In this document: positions 52,565-62,280 of the stretch, in pieces
Position numbering within the stretch: position 1 is the first letter of the stretch
Layout of the letters: each line of letters begins with the position of its first letter
Assembly: GCA_965220965.1 (NCBI GenBank)
Contig: OZ244852.1
Coordinates: 2,400,001 to 2,464,000 of the forward strand
Direction of reading: 5' to 3'
Source of the DNA: Candidatus Marinacidobacterium sp.
GTDB taxonomy: Bacteria > Acidobacteriota > Vicinamibacteria > Marinacidobacterales > Marinacidobacteraceae
DNA length: 64,000 nt
Notes under the pieces: model-generated
What the model was told of the DNA's origin: nothing
Databases searched by the model: none
What the model saw: only the letters and a program-made list of their open reading frames with translations
Position numbers and translations under genes: made by a program

Positions 52565-52598
52565 CGCAGAGTGTGGAAATCTGCCGTAAATTGGCTGT

Positions 52599-53720
52599 GT
52601 GGAAGTCCATCCCCGCTATCTCGGGCCTCCCGTTCTCGACGATCTGCGCCGGAAGATGGTCTTCGTGGCCGGGCCTCGCCAGGTCGGCAAGACCACCTTC
52701 GCCAGGGCGCTACCCGGCGGAGAGGCGGCCTGCCTGAACTGGGACGCGCCGGACGATCGCCACCGCATCCTCGCCCGCGAGTTCCCGCCCGGGGATCTCT
52801 GGACATTCGACGAAATCCACAAATACCGCGCCTGGCGCGATCTTCTGAAGGGGCTCTGGGACGCCCGCCCCGATGGACAGAGGATCCTCGTCACCGGAAG
52901 TGGCCGCCTCGATCTCTACAGGTTCTCCGGGGACTCGCTCCAGGGCCGCTACCGCCTGTTCCGCATGCACCCTTTCTCGGTGGCGGAACTCGGAATGACC
53001 ACCGGCGCCGGGATTCTGGACCTTCTCCGACTTGGCGGTTTCCCGGAACCGTGGCTTTCCGGAAGCGAGCGGGAGGCGCGTCGCTGGTCCCGCCACCACC
53101 GCTCGCTGCTGGTGGACGAGGAAATGGCGAGTCTCGAGTCGATCCGGAACCTCGGCCAGGTGCAGCTCCTGCTCATGACCCTGCCAGAACGCGTTGGATC
53201 CCCACTCTCCATCCATGCGCTCGCTCAGCAACTCAGGGTCAGCCACCGGACCGCGGCTTCGTGGATCGATGCCGCCGAACGACTCTACGCCCTGTTCCGC
53301 ATTCCGGCGTTCGGCTCCGCGCCGATTCGGGCGGTGGCGCGCCAGCAGAAGCACTACCACTTCGATTGGACCGTCGTCCCGGACGCCGCACCGCGCTTCG
53401 AGAATCTCGTCGCATGCCATCTTCTCAAGTGGGTCCACTGGCGACAGGACAGCGAGGGCGAGAACCTCGAGCTGCGCCATTTTCGCGATCGGGACGGCCA
53501 TGAAGTGGACTTCGTGGTGACGGACGCCCGGCGTGAGCCGCTGCTGCTCGTCGAATGCAAGTGGTCCGACGGCCGCATCGGCGGGGGCCTCCGCTACCTG
53601 AGGCGGAAGTTCCCCGGCGCCGCCGCCTGGCAGGTCTCCGCCACCGGGACGAAGGACTACCAGAGCCCCGACGGGATCCGGGTCGCCCCCGCGATCCGCC
53701 TCCTCACGTCGCTCGTCTGA
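52599..53720 (+). CDS. AAA_14 ATPase with DUF4143 nuclease-like domain
   Basis: GPRQVGKTT, FDEIHK, VTGS, GGFPE, FEN, EVDFV, VECK. Confidence 0.9.
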   Translation: MEVHPRYLGPPVLDDLRRKMVFVAGPRQVGKTTFARALPGGEAACLNWDAPDDRHRILAREFPPGDLWTFDEIHKYRAWRDLLKGLWDARPDGQRILVTGSGRLDLYRFSGDSLQGRYRLFRMHPFSVAELGMTTGAGILDLLRLGGFPEPWLSGSEREARRWSRHHRSLLVDEEMASLESIRNLGQVQLLLMTLPERVGSPLSIHALAQQLRVSHRTAASWIDAAERLYALFRIPAFGSAPIRAVARQQKHYHFDWTVVPDAAPRFENLVACHLLKWVHWRQDSEGENLELRHFRDRDGHEVDFVVTDARREPLLLVECKWSDGRIGGGLRYLRRKFPGAAAWQVSATGTKDYQSPDGIRVAPAIRLLTSLV

Positions 53721-53779
53721 AGCGCGTCGAGGCCGGCCGCGTCAGCGGCTTCACGGCCCCGGACGCCGCAGCCGGCCGC

Positions 53780-55114
53780 TCAGGCGAAGCGGAAGAGAGG
53801 CGGAAAGACCAGGACGACCACGGCCGCCCAGCCGGCGTAGACCGCGAGATACCGGGTCTGCCAGCGTTCGAGCGCGAGGAACGGGCCGCGGCCGGTGAGG
53901 AAACGCAGGAGAAACCAGCCCGATCCCGCCAGACTCACGAGCAGCACCAGATTCACGCCGAGCGCCGCCACCCGGTTTGGCGTCAGACCGAACTCCGAGA
54001 GCCGACCCGCCATGGCGGCGAGCGCGACGCCGTCCGCGATCAGCGCGCTTGTGACGAGAACCGCGAGGACTCTGTCGAAGACTCCCGGTGGCGCTTCCGG
54101 GTTCCGCGATGCGACCGCGTAGAGCGCCAGACCGGTGACGACCACGAGCAGCAGGTCGAACGCGATGAGGACTTCCCGCTCCACCGAGACCCCGCGGCCC
54201 GTCCACGCCATGGCGCCCAGAAAGGCCAGCAGAAACAGCGCGAACAGGGGTGCGAACACGCGGGCGAGCAGGGGCGCCAGGTTCGCCGCGGCGCGCCGGT
54301 GGGTTTCGGCGAGCCAGGCGGCGACCGGCGCGGCGCCCGCCGCGCCGCACGGCAGGAGCCAGTTCTGGACGAACCCCTCGGCATCCAGACCGATCGCCCG
54401 GAAGGTGGCGAGCGTCAACCCCGTCAGCACTCCGCCCCCCAGGGCGATCAGCACGTAGTAGACGAAGAACTCCCCCGAGAAGCGGACGAAGTCCATGCGC
54501 CGTGGGGTATCGCGCCACTTCAGGCCCGCATGGGCCACGCCGACGACGATCCAGAGCGCGATCGGGAGATGGAGCGCCGCCAGGATCGCCGTGGAGCCTT
54601 CGGGTCGGAACGGAAGGAGGCCCGCCAGCGCGAGCGCTCCGACGAAGGGGATCCCCAGCCACAGCCGTTCGCGTCCCGGGAGCCCACGCTTCCAGCCGAA
54701 GTAGCCGGCGAACAGGCCCAGGACCACGATCGGCAGGATGCGCAGATGGAGGCCCGGAGCCTCCGCGAGCGATCCGAGCCCGAAGAGCTCCGGGAGCTTG
54801 ACCGCGAGCGTGGCGGCGAAGCCGAGCGCCAGCGCTGCGAGCAATTCGCGGCGGGTGGCCGCTTCCCCGTCGGCTTCCTGCGCTTCCGCCTCGCCGAGCA
54901 GGTCGCGCGCCATCCGCCGGCTGCCTTCGTCGCGCCCCAGCCGCCGGAGCGCCACCAGGAAGGCTTCGTCGGGGTCGAGGCCCGCGCCCACCAGCGCCTC
55001 CGTCTCGCGCCGCAGGTCCGGCTCGATGTCCGCTTCCGCGTCGCTCCCGCCCGGGCGTCGCCGCCACCGCGCGATCCATTCCTCGACCGGATCGGGAACG
55101 GTCGCGTTCTTCAT
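53780..55114 (-). CDS. Multi-pass membrane protein with permease-prefix-like N-terminal domain
   Basis: GLDPDEAFLVALRRLG, many TMs, GLTPNRVAALG. Confidence 0.8.
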   Translation of the reverse strand: MKNATVPDPVEEWIARWRRRPGGSDAEADIEPDLRRETEALVGAGLDPDEAFLVALRRLGRDEGSRRMARDLLGEAEAQEADGEAATRRELLAALALGFAATLAVKLPELFGLGSLAEAPGLHLRILPIVVLGLFAGYFGWKRGLPGRERLWLGIPFVGALALAGLLPFRPEGSTAILAALHLPIALWIVVGVAHAGLKWRDTPRRMDFVRFSGEFFVYYVLIALGGGVLTGLTLATFRAIGLDAEGFVQNWLLPCGAAGAAPVAAWLAETHRRAAANLAPLLARVFAPLFALFLLAFLGAMAWTGRGVSVEREVLIAFDLLLVVVTGLALYAVASRNPEAPPGVFDRVLAVLVTSALIADGVALAAMAGRLSEFGLTPNRVAALGVNLVLLVSLAGSGWFLLRFLTGRGPFLALERWQTRYLAVYAGWAAVVVLVFPPLFRFA

Positions 55115-55272
55115 CCTGACAGGCGCCGCGGACCGCCGGGGCGGGCCTCGGGGCCCGCCTTCTGGTTCCTCGAGGGGCGCTCCGGCGCCGCTCCGGCTGA
55201 CGGCCGGAAAGGTACCAGCCGGCTGGTAGCATCGAACCGCACAGGGGTCGAGAGCGTCCCCGGGAGAGGCTC

Positions 55273-56487
55273 ATGGGACGCGGCAAGCGTGGCGCGGGCG
55301 GGTACCGCTCGTTCGGGTATCTGACGCCCGGGGACGACTACGCCCCCCGGGATCTGGTGTGGGACGAGAACCTGTTTCCCGCCCACCCGGTCCCCCTCTC
55401 GCCTGAGCAGGAGGCCCGCGCCGACCGGCTGGCCGAAGAACTCATCCTGATCTCGCTCCACGAGCACCTGGGGAGCTTTCCCGCCGACATCCACCAGACT
55501 CCCGACTACGTGCGGGAAGGGAGGGTCTTCACTCCCTTCGAGGCGCTTGCCCGCTCCGACTGGGACTGTGTCTTCGACAACCTGCTCGACGGCATCTGTC
55601 GCATCGAGTCCCGCAGCGGCTGGAAGTGGAACGAGGTGCTCCACGATCTGGGAATGCGGCTCGCCGACCTCGCGCACCAGGACTTCCTCGTCCCCTGCCG
55701 GACGGTCCAGGACATCCTGGACGCCCACGCGCGCGGGAACATGGCCTGGGTGGCGGCGATCGAGGGGGCGGCCCCGATCGAGAACGAGTTGGACCGCATC
55801 GAGGTCCTCTACGGGTTCGGTGTCCGGGAGATGGGCATCACCTACAGCGAGTCGAACGCGCTCGGGAGCGGCCTCAAGGAGCCGGACGACGGCGGCCTGA
55901 CCATGTTCGGCCGGCAGGCGGTCGAGCGGATGAACAAGGTCGGGATGCTGATCGACACCGCGCACTGCGGGGACCGTACGACGCTCGATGTCATCGAAGC
56001 GAGCTCGAAGCCGGTTTCGGTCACCCACATCGGGGCCCGCGCGCTGTGGAACACGCGCCGGATGGCGCCGGATGAGGTGTTCCGCGCCTGCGCCGACAAG
56101 GGAGGCATCATCGGAATCGAGGCCGCCCCCCACACGACGCTCACGCCGAACCATCCGCTCCACAACATCGACTCCTTCATGGAGCATTTCGAGTACGTGA
56201 AGGACCTGGTGGGCGTGGACCACGTCGGTTTCGGCCCCGACACCGTGTTCGGCGACCACTGCGGGCTCCATCAGGTCTACGCCGCGGCGCTCTCGATCCG
56301 CAAGGCCAGCAGCGTCTCCGGCGCGCCTCCGTTCGAGCGCGTCCCCTACGTCGCCGGGATCGAGAACCCGGTCGAGGGTTCCCGCAACATCCTGCGCTGG
56401 CTGGTCGGGCGGGACTACTCCGACGAGGACATCGCCAAGGTTATGGGCGGCAACGCGCTGCGGGTCCTCCGCGAGGTCTGGGCCTGA
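55273..56487 (+). CDS. Membrane dipeptidase (M19) family protein
   Basis: IEGA, GLTMFGRQAVERMNKVGMLIDTAH, VGVDHVGFGPD, GGNALRV. Confidence 0.9.
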   Translation: MGRGKRGAGGYRSFGYLTPGDDYAPRDLVWDENLFPAHPVPLSPEQEARADRLAEELILISLHEHLGSFPADIHQTPDYVREGRVFTPFEALARSDWDCVFDNLLDGICRIESRSGWKWNEVLHDLGMRLADLAHQDFLVPCRTVQDILDAHARGNMAWVAAIEGAAPIENELDRIEVLYGFGVREMGITYSESNALGSGLKEPDDGGLTMFGRQAVERMNKVGMLIDTAHCGDRTTLDVIEASSKPVSVTHIGARALWNTRRMAPDEVFRACADKGGIIGIEAAPHTTLTPNHPLHNIDSFMEHFEYVKDLVGVDHVGFGPDTVFGDHCGLHQVYAAALSIRKASSVSGAPPFERVPYVAGIENPVEGSRNILRWLVGRDYSDEDIAKVMGGNALRVLREVWA

Positions 56488-56507
56488 GTCGGCGACCGCG
56501 GCTTCCC

Positions 56508-56705
56508 TCAGAGGTCCTCGAGGAGGCGGCGGAAGCTGATGGCGCGGACCCGGTCGCCGAGTTCGAAGGTGTGCGGGCCGTCGTGAATCAGGTCGAGCTG
56601 GTCGAGGGCGAGGCTCTCCATGGCGCTGCGCATGGACCGGGTCAGCCTCGGCGCCGAAGTCCGCTCGATTTCGAAGCCGCGGAGGCCTCCTCCCTGCCGA
56701 ATAAC
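56508..56705 (-). pseudogene. C-terminal remnant of an AAA-DUF4143 gene
   Basis: Manual translation GLRGFEIERTSAPRLTRSMRSAMESLALDQLDLIHDGPHTFELGDRVRAISFRRLLEDL* aligns with the C-terminus of 61024..62178. Confidence 0.8.
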
Positions 56706-56762
56706 AGGAAAATCGCAAATCGATTTCGTTTTTTCCTATTTCTGGGAACAACCATCAGTCTC

Positions 56763-57467
56763 CTGGCGAAGCCGGCCTGGTGGGGGCCGCGGGTCGATCG
56801 GGTCCACTCTCCGGGGAGCGCCCCCGATCCGCGGGGTCGTGGGCGGCGTGGCGCGGCGCGGAGAGCCATCGCCGCCGGTGTCGGGCTCGCCGGAATCGGA
56901 CTCGCGGCCTTGCCGGCGCCCTCCCCCGGGCAGTCGCAGGCCGCCGTGGAGATGACGGTTCGGATGCCGGATCCCGGCCGGGCGCTCGTCGAGGGGCGTT
57001 TCGCGCCGGGAGCTCCCTTTGACGACGCGGCGGCGTTCCGGCGACTGCGCCCGGATGCCGGGAGCCACTGGGCCGCCGATGCTCCGGTGCTGCGCCCGCT
57101 GGAGGACGGCGGCCTCGGCTTCCGGGAACTCGCCGTCGCCGATGCCGATGGATGGGTCCGGATCGGCGTCCCGCTGCCCGCTTCCCCGGGGCCACCGGGG
57201 GCTGACCTCTCGTTTCGGGCGCTCATCCATCCCCCTCCGGGGTATCGGCTGGTCGACCCGTTTCCGTCGCGGATCGAGGAGTTGGAGGGCGGGACGCTCC
57301 GGCTCGAGCTTCCGGCGCCGCCGTCGCTCGTGCGGTTCCGCGTTGTGGCTACGGACTCGCGGCGGCTCACCGCCGCCCAGTTCGCCGATCTCGCCGTGGG
57401 GCTCGCGCTGGCCGCGCTCGCTGGCTTCGGGTTCGTCCGGCTGCGCCGCCAGGCTCCGGAGGCCTGA
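56763..57467 (+). CDS. Hypothetical exported protein with C-terminal TM anchor (start uncertain)
   Basis: Signal-like hydrophobic stretch; C-terminal LAVGLALAALAGFGFVRLRR; TGATG coupling to the next gene. Confidence 0.6.
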   Translation: MAKPAWWGPRVDRVHSPGSAPDPRGRGRRGAARRAIAAGVGLAGIGLAALPAPSPGQSQAAVEMTVRMPDPGRALVEGRFAPGAPFDDAAAFRRLRPDAGSHWAADAPVLRPLEDGGLGFRELAVADADGWVRIGVPLPASPGPPGADLSFRALIHPPPGYRLVDPFPSRIEELEGGTLRLELPAPPSLVRFRVVATDSRRLTAAQFADLAVGLALAALAGFGFVRLRRQAPEA

Positions 57468-57586
57468 TGGGCCGCTTCTCGTTCTGGGGGCTGTTCGCGG
57501 CCTTCGGGGTGATCCTGCTCGCCTACTGGCTCTGGATGCGGCGGCTCGAGAGCCGTGAGACGCGAAACACGGAACGCGGCCGGTGA
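57467..57586 (+). CDS. 39-aa single-TM protein, probable symporter accessory subunit
   Basis: MGRFSFWGLFAAFGVILLAYWLWMRRLESRETRNTERGR*; overlaps both neighbours (TGATG, GTGA); absent from the ORF track. Confidence 0.72.
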   Translation: MGRFSFWGLFAAFGVILLAYWLWMRRLESRETRNTERGR

Positions 57587-59028
57587 CGTTCGTCGTCTTT
57601 GGGGCGTACCTCGCCGCGATCTTCGCGATCGGGGCGGCGGCGCTGCGGCGGACCCGCACCGAAGGGGATTACTGGATCGCCGGGGGACGACTCGGCTGGT
57701 TGCTCGGCGGCGCGACGATGGCCGCGACCCACGCCAGCGCCGGGACCTACATCGGGACGGTCGGGGTGATCCACGCCGTGGGGTGGGAGTTCACCTGGAT
57801 CGTGCTGTTCATCCCCTTCAGCTACTGGTTCATGGCCGGCGTGCTCGCTCCCAGGTTCGCCCGGACCCGCGAACTGACGCTCCCCGCGTTTCTCGAGCGG
57901 CGCTATGACAGTCGGCGCGCCCGGGCCGCGGGGGCGGTCGTGATCCTGATCGCCGCCACCGTCTACATCCAGGCGCAGGTCATCGCCGGCGGGGTGATCG
58001 CCGAGACGGTGTTCGGCGTCCCGCCGGTCTGGGGGATGGCGGTGTTCACCGCGATCCTGCTCGCCTACACCGCGGTGGGCGGCATGGTGGCGGTCGTCTA
58101 CACCGACCTGGTCCAGCTCGTGGTCATGGTCGTCGGCGCGCTGGTCGCGGTCCCGATGGCCTTCCGCCTCCTCGACGGACCGGCGCCGCTCTTCGCTGCG
58201 GTCGAGGCCCTTCGCCCGGAGACGTTCGACTTCGGTTCGCTTCCGGCGATTCTCATGCTGACGATGGGGTTCTCCTTCCTGCTCGGCGGGATCGCCACCC
58301 CGGAGAAGCTGACCCGTCTCTACGCGATGCGCGACGACCGCACCATCCGGCGAGGCCTCCTGCTCGCCATCGCGCTCGCGACCGGCGTGAACCTGCTCGT
58401 CTTCCTGGTTGCCCTCGCCGCGATCGGGCTGTTCCCGCTCCTGCCTACCGGTGACCTCGCCATGCCCCTGATGGCTTCCTACGCCCTGCCGCCGGTGCTC
58501 GGGACGGTCCTCCTGGCCGCCATCGTTTCGGCGATCATGTCCACCGTGGATTCACTCCTCCTCGTCGCCGGGTCCGCGCTCTCCCACGACCTTCTCGGCG
58601 TCGTTCGCCCCGGCGCGGGCCCTCGCGCCCGGATGCGCGCGGCGCGCCTCGGCATCCTCGTCGTGGGGATCGCCCCCCTGATCCTCATCCTGAGCGGCGT
58701 CGGGGAAGGCGAACTGGTCCAGTTCATCGTGCTCCTGTTCACCGCGATCATGGCGAGCGCGTTCTTCGTCCCCGTCGTGCTCGGGGTCACCTGGCGGCGA
58801 CTCACCCGGCAGGGCGCGCTCGCCGGCATGGTCGGCGGCGTCGCTACGGTGTTCCTGTGGCAGGCCGAGGTGTTCCCGTGGCCGGGCTGGGGTCCGGACT
58901 TCATCCACCCGGCGGCGCCGGGGGTCCTCGTCTCGTTCCTGCTCGGCGTAGGGGTCAGCCTGCTGACGCCGCCTCCCTCCCCGGAGGCGCTTCGTCCCTA
59001 CTTCGGCGGCCGCGGAGGTGGCGCGTGA
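57583..59028 (+). CDS. Sodium:solute symporter (SSS/PutP family)
   Basis: YWIAGG, YTAVGGMVAVVYTD, AAIVSAIMSTVDS, many TMs. Confidence 0.93.
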   Translation: MTFVVFGAYLAAIFAIGAAALRRTRTEGDYWIAGGRLGWLLGGATMAATHASAGTYIGTVGVIHAVGWEFTWIVLFIPFSYWFMAGVLAPRFARTRELTLPAFLERRYDSRRARAAGAVVILIAATVYIQAQVIAGGVIAETVFGVPPVWGMAVFTAILLAYTAVGGMVAVVYTDLVQLVVMVVGALVAVPMAFRLLDGPAPLFAAVEALRPETFDFGSLPAILMLTMGFSFLLGGIATPEKLTRLYAMRDDRTIRRGLLLAIALATGVNLLVFLVALAAIGLFPLLPTGDLAMPLMASYALPPVLGTVLLAAIVSAIMSTVDSLLLVAGSALSHDLLGVVRPGAGPRARMRAARLGILVVGIAPLILILSGVGEGELVQFIVLLFTAIMASAFFVPVVLGVTWRRLTRQGALAGMVGGVATVFLWQAEVFPWPGWGPDFIHPAAPGVLVSFLLGVGVSLLTPPPSPEALRPYFGGRGGGA

Positions 59029-59864
59029 GGCTCGAGGGACGCCGGATGCTCGTGACCGGCGGCGCCCGGGGGATGGGTCTCGAGGTCGCCCGACTCGCGG
59101 TGGAGCGCGGCGCCCACATCGCCCTCTGGGACATCGACCTGGCGGCGCTGGAAGCCGCACAACGGACGCTGCGGAAAGCGGTCGGCGGGGAGGCGCGCGA
59201 CATTGCCACCGATGCGGTGGATGTCGGAGACCGGGCCGCGGTTCAGGAAGCGGCGCGAACGCTCGAGAGCGGGTTCGGCCCGATCGACATCCTGGTGAAC
59301 AACGCCGGCGTCGTATCCGGAAAGCGGCTCCTCGAGCTCGCCCCGGAGCAGGTCGAACGGACCTTCCGGGTCAACGCGGCGGCGCTGTTCTGGACGACGC
59401 AGGCCTTCCTTCCCGGAATGACCGAGCGCGGTCGCGGCCATCTGGTGACGCTCGCCTCGGCCGCCGGCCTCATCGGCGGGCCCGGCATGGCGGACTACTC
59501 GGCGTCCAAGTTCGCCGCTGTCGGCTACCACGAGTCCCTGCGGGCGGAGCTTCGCCGCGAAGCCCCCGGGATCGGGACGACTCTCGTCTGCCCCTTCTTC
59601 GTGGACACCGGAATGTTCGCGGGAGTCCGCACCCGCTTTCCCTTCCTGCTTCCCATCCTCCGGCCGGAGAAAGTCGCCGCCAAGGTCATCCGCGCCATCG
59701 AGAAGAGGCGCCAGGTCGTCATCCTCCCCTGGTTCGTTCACTCGCTGAAGCTCATCCGGCTGCTCCCCTCCTCATGGCTCGACCCGATCTCCTCGTTCTT
59801 CGGCATCCACGCCGCGATGGACACCTTCGTCGGCCGAACCGGCTCTCGCGGGGATCGCGCCTGA
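59025..59864 (+). CDS. Short-chain dehydrogenase/reductase
   Basis: TGGARGMG, NNAG, YSASK, CPFFVDTGMF. Confidence 0.92.
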   Translation: MRLEGRRMLVTGGARGMGLEVARLAVERGAHIALWDIDLAALEAAQRTLRKAVGGEARDIATDAVDVGDRAAVQEAARTLESGFGPIDILVNNAGVVSGKRLLELAPEQVERTFRVNAAALFWTTQAFLPGMTERGRGHLVTLASAAGLIGGPGMADYSASKFAAVGYHESLRAELRREAPGIGTTLVCPFFVDTGMFAGVRTRFPFLLPILRPEKVAAKVIRAIEKRRQVVILPWFVHSLKLIRLLPSSWLDPISSFFGIHAAMDTFVGRTGSRGDRA

Positions 59865-59894
59865 ACCGGGGCGCGAGCGCCCGACAATAGGACC

Positions 59895-60158
59895 GTGAGG
59901 ATCGCCAGCATCACCGAGTTCCGCCGTCACCTCAGCGAGTACCTGGCGGCGGTCGCCAACGGTGAGGAGGTGGAAGTGCGCAAGCGGAACAAGCCGGTGG
60001 CCCGCGTCGTCCCGGTCCCCCCGCCCCGCCGGAACCGGACCATCCTCGGCTGCGGCAAGGGCAGCGTCGTCATCCGGGGTGATCTGACCGCCCCTCTGAT
60101 TCCGGAGGGCGACCGGGAGATGCTTCAGGGGTTCCGCACGACGCGGATGCCCACGTGA
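59895..60158 (+). CDS. Phd/YefM-family antitoxin (orphan)
   Basis: SITEFRRHLSEYLAAVANGEEVEVRKRNKPVARVVP. Confidence 0.85.
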   Translation: MRIASITEFRRHLSEYLAAVANGEEVEVRKRNKPVARVVPVPPPRRNRTILGCGKGSVVIRGDLTAPLIPEGDREMLQGFRTTRMPT

Positions 60159-61021
60159 TCGCTCCGGTACACCGGCGGGTCGGCGAGGAAGCGGTAGGAG
60201 CAGGTCACCCGGTCCGGCCCGCCGTTCCAGCCGCCGCCGCGCAGCACCCGCTCGTGGCCGGTCGAGGGGCCCTGGGGGTCCACCACCGGGGATTCCGGTC
60301 GCCGGACGAGTTCGGCGTAGTGGTCGGCTGACGCGTAGTCGGAGACCCACTCCCAGTTGTTCCCGAGCATGTCGCGCAGGCCGAAATCGTTCGCCGGGTA
60401 GCGGTCCACCGGTGTGATCAGCGTGTGTTCGTCCCGGGGCCACGGGGCGTCGCCCTGCCGCCAGGTGGCGGCGCTGTTCAGCCGGTCCGGCTCGAAGTCG
60501 TCGCCCCACCAGTAGCGGGTCTGCGTTCCGGCCCGACAGGCGTACTCCCACTCCGCTTCGGTGGGGAGTCGGTAGGCCATTCCGGTCTGGCGGCTCAGCC
60601 ATCTCGTGTAGGCGACGGCGTCGTTCCAGCTCACCTGCACCACCGGATACCGGTCCGGATCGGCGACCGTCGAACCCGGGCCGTAGGGCTCGCGCCACGT
60701 GTAGCCCGGGTGGTAGACGAAGCGGCCCTCGAGCAGGATCCGGCCGGTCCCGAACTCCTCGGCCTCGGTCACGTAGTCGGTCGCCTCCACGAAGGCGGCG
60801 AACTGGGCGTGCGTGATCTCGTCCTTCGACATCCAGAAGTCGGACACCTGGACCGCGTGGAGCGGCTTCTCCTGCGCCGGGCCCGCCTGCGACCCGCGGA
60901 AGAAGAGCCCGCCCCGAACCTCGATCATCTCGGGGAGGGGCGGCTCCGGCTGGGCGGTCGCCGCAAGCGGCAGGGTGAGACCGAGCAGTAGGAACGGAGC
61001 GGCGACGGTGGTTCGGATCAT
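60125..61021 (-). CDS. Secreted FGE-sulfatase (SUMF1) domain protein
   Basis: Signal peptide; PVVQVSWNDA, RLPTEAEWEYACR, NDFGLRDMLGNNWEW, RGGGW. Confidence 0.9.
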   Translation of the reverse strand: MIRTTVAAPFLLLGLTLPLAATAQPEPPLPEMIEVRGGLFFRGSQAGPAQEKPLHAVQVSDFWMSKDEITHAQFAAFVEATDYVTEAEEFGTGRILLEGRFVYHPGYTWREPYGPGSTVADPDRYPVVQVSWNDAVAYTRWLSRQTGMAYRLPTEAEWEYACRAGTQTRYWWGDDFEPDRLNSAATWRQGDAPWPRDEHTLITPVDRYPANDFGLRDMLGNNWEWVSDYASADHYAELVRRPESPVVDPQGPSTGHERVLRGGGWNGGPDRVTCSYRFLADPPVYRSDHVGIRVVRNP

Positions 61022-61023
61022 GG

Positions 61024-62178
61024 TCACACTTTGACATCCTCGCGGATGCGGTAGATCGAGACCGCGCGGATCCGGTCCCGTAGCGGGTAGGTCTCGCGGC
61101 CCGAGTGGATGACGTCGAGGCGCTCGAGCCGCAGATCCCGGATCGCGGTGTGCATGGAGCGCGTGGTGCGGGGCGCGGAGGAGCGCTTGATCTCGAAGGC
61201 GCGACGCTCGCGGCCGCGCACGATGAGCAGGTCCACTTCGGCGCCGGTGTGGGCCCGCCAGAAGTAGCACTCCTCGGGCTGGGCCTCGAAGTGCTCGATG
61301 AGCTCGTGGATCGCGAGTCCCTCGAACGAGGCGCCGACCCGGGGATGCCCCTCGAGATCCTCCATGGAGCGGATGTCCAGCAGGGTGTGGAGGAGTCCGC
61401 TGTCCCGCAGATAGATCCGGGGCGACTTGACCTGTCGCTTGCCGAGATGCGCGGACCAGGGCGGCAGGACCCGAAGGATCAGGGTCGCCTCCAGCAGGTC
61501 CCGGTAGGCGCGCGCAGTCTTCGCCGAGCCGCCGAGCGCGCGAGCCATCTCCGCATGGTTCCAGATCTGCCCGTGGAGGTGCGCCGTCATGGTCCAGAAG
61601 CCGCGAATCGCCGGCGCGGGCCTCCGGGACCCGAGTTGCGGCAGATCCCGCTCCAGGAACGTGCGCACGAAGTCGCGCCGCCACGCGAAGCTCGCGCTGT
61701 CGTCCCCGGCCAGGAAGGAACGGGGAAAGCCGCCGCGCAACCAGAGCTTCGGAAGCGCCTCGATGTCCGTCTCCGCGCCTCCAAGGCCCGCGAGTTCCCG
61801 ATAGACGATGCGGCCGGCGAGTGTCTCGCTCGACTGCCGGAGCAGTTCGGGGCCGGCCGAGCCGAGAATGAGAAAGCTCGCGGCGTTTCCCGGGCGGTCC
61901 AGCAGTACGCGCAGCACCGGAAAGAGTTCGGGCCGGCGCTGGATTTCGTCGAGCACGACGAGACCGTCGAGCCCCTCCAGGGCGTTCAGCGGATCCTCGA
62001 GACGCGACAGATCCCGCGGGTTCTCGAGGTCGAAGTGCGTCGCAGGCCCCGGAACCCGCTCGGCGTACTGTCGGGCGAGCGTCGTCTTGCCGATCTGCCG
62101 GGGGCCGAGAATCGCGACCGCCGACGCGCGCCCGAATGCGGCGGTCAGCCCATGCAGCGCCCGGGTCCTGATGACCAT
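61024..62178 (-). CDS. AAA_14 ATPase with DUF4143 domain
   Basis: GPRQIGKTT, LDEIQ, LGS, RGGFP, DSGL, FEG, EVDLL, FEIK. Confidence 0.92.
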   Translation of the reverse strand: MVIRTRALHGLTAAFGRASAVAILGPRQIGKTTLARQYAERVPGPATHFDLENPRDLSRLEDPLNALEGLDGLVVLDEIQRRPELFPVLRVLLDRPGNAASFLILGSAGPELLRQSSETLAGRIVYRELAGLGGAETDIEALPKLWLRGGFPRSFLAGDDSASFAWRRDFVRTFLERDLPQLGSRRPAPAIRGFWTMTAHLHGQIWNHAEMARALGGSAKTARAYRDLLEATLILRVLPPWSAHLGKRQVKSPRIYLRDSGLLHTLLDIRSMEDLEGHPRVGASFEGLAIHELIEHFEAQPEECYFWRAHTGAEVDLLIVRGRERRAFEIKRSSAPRTTRSMHTAIRDLRLERLDVIHSGRETYPLRDRIRAVSIYRIREDVKV

Positions 62179-62280
62179 GAGGTCATTTTAGTGGGATAAC
62201 CGGACCACGATGTTCCGATTGTCATGGTTACTGCGACGCTTTTGTGCCCTCACCCGGTCCCGGGTGCGAGGAACCGCCGC

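Noticed and set aside
60125-61684. 519-aa version of the FGE-domain protein
   Set aside because: The extension overlaps the AAA gene in another frame; the signal peptide begins at 61021
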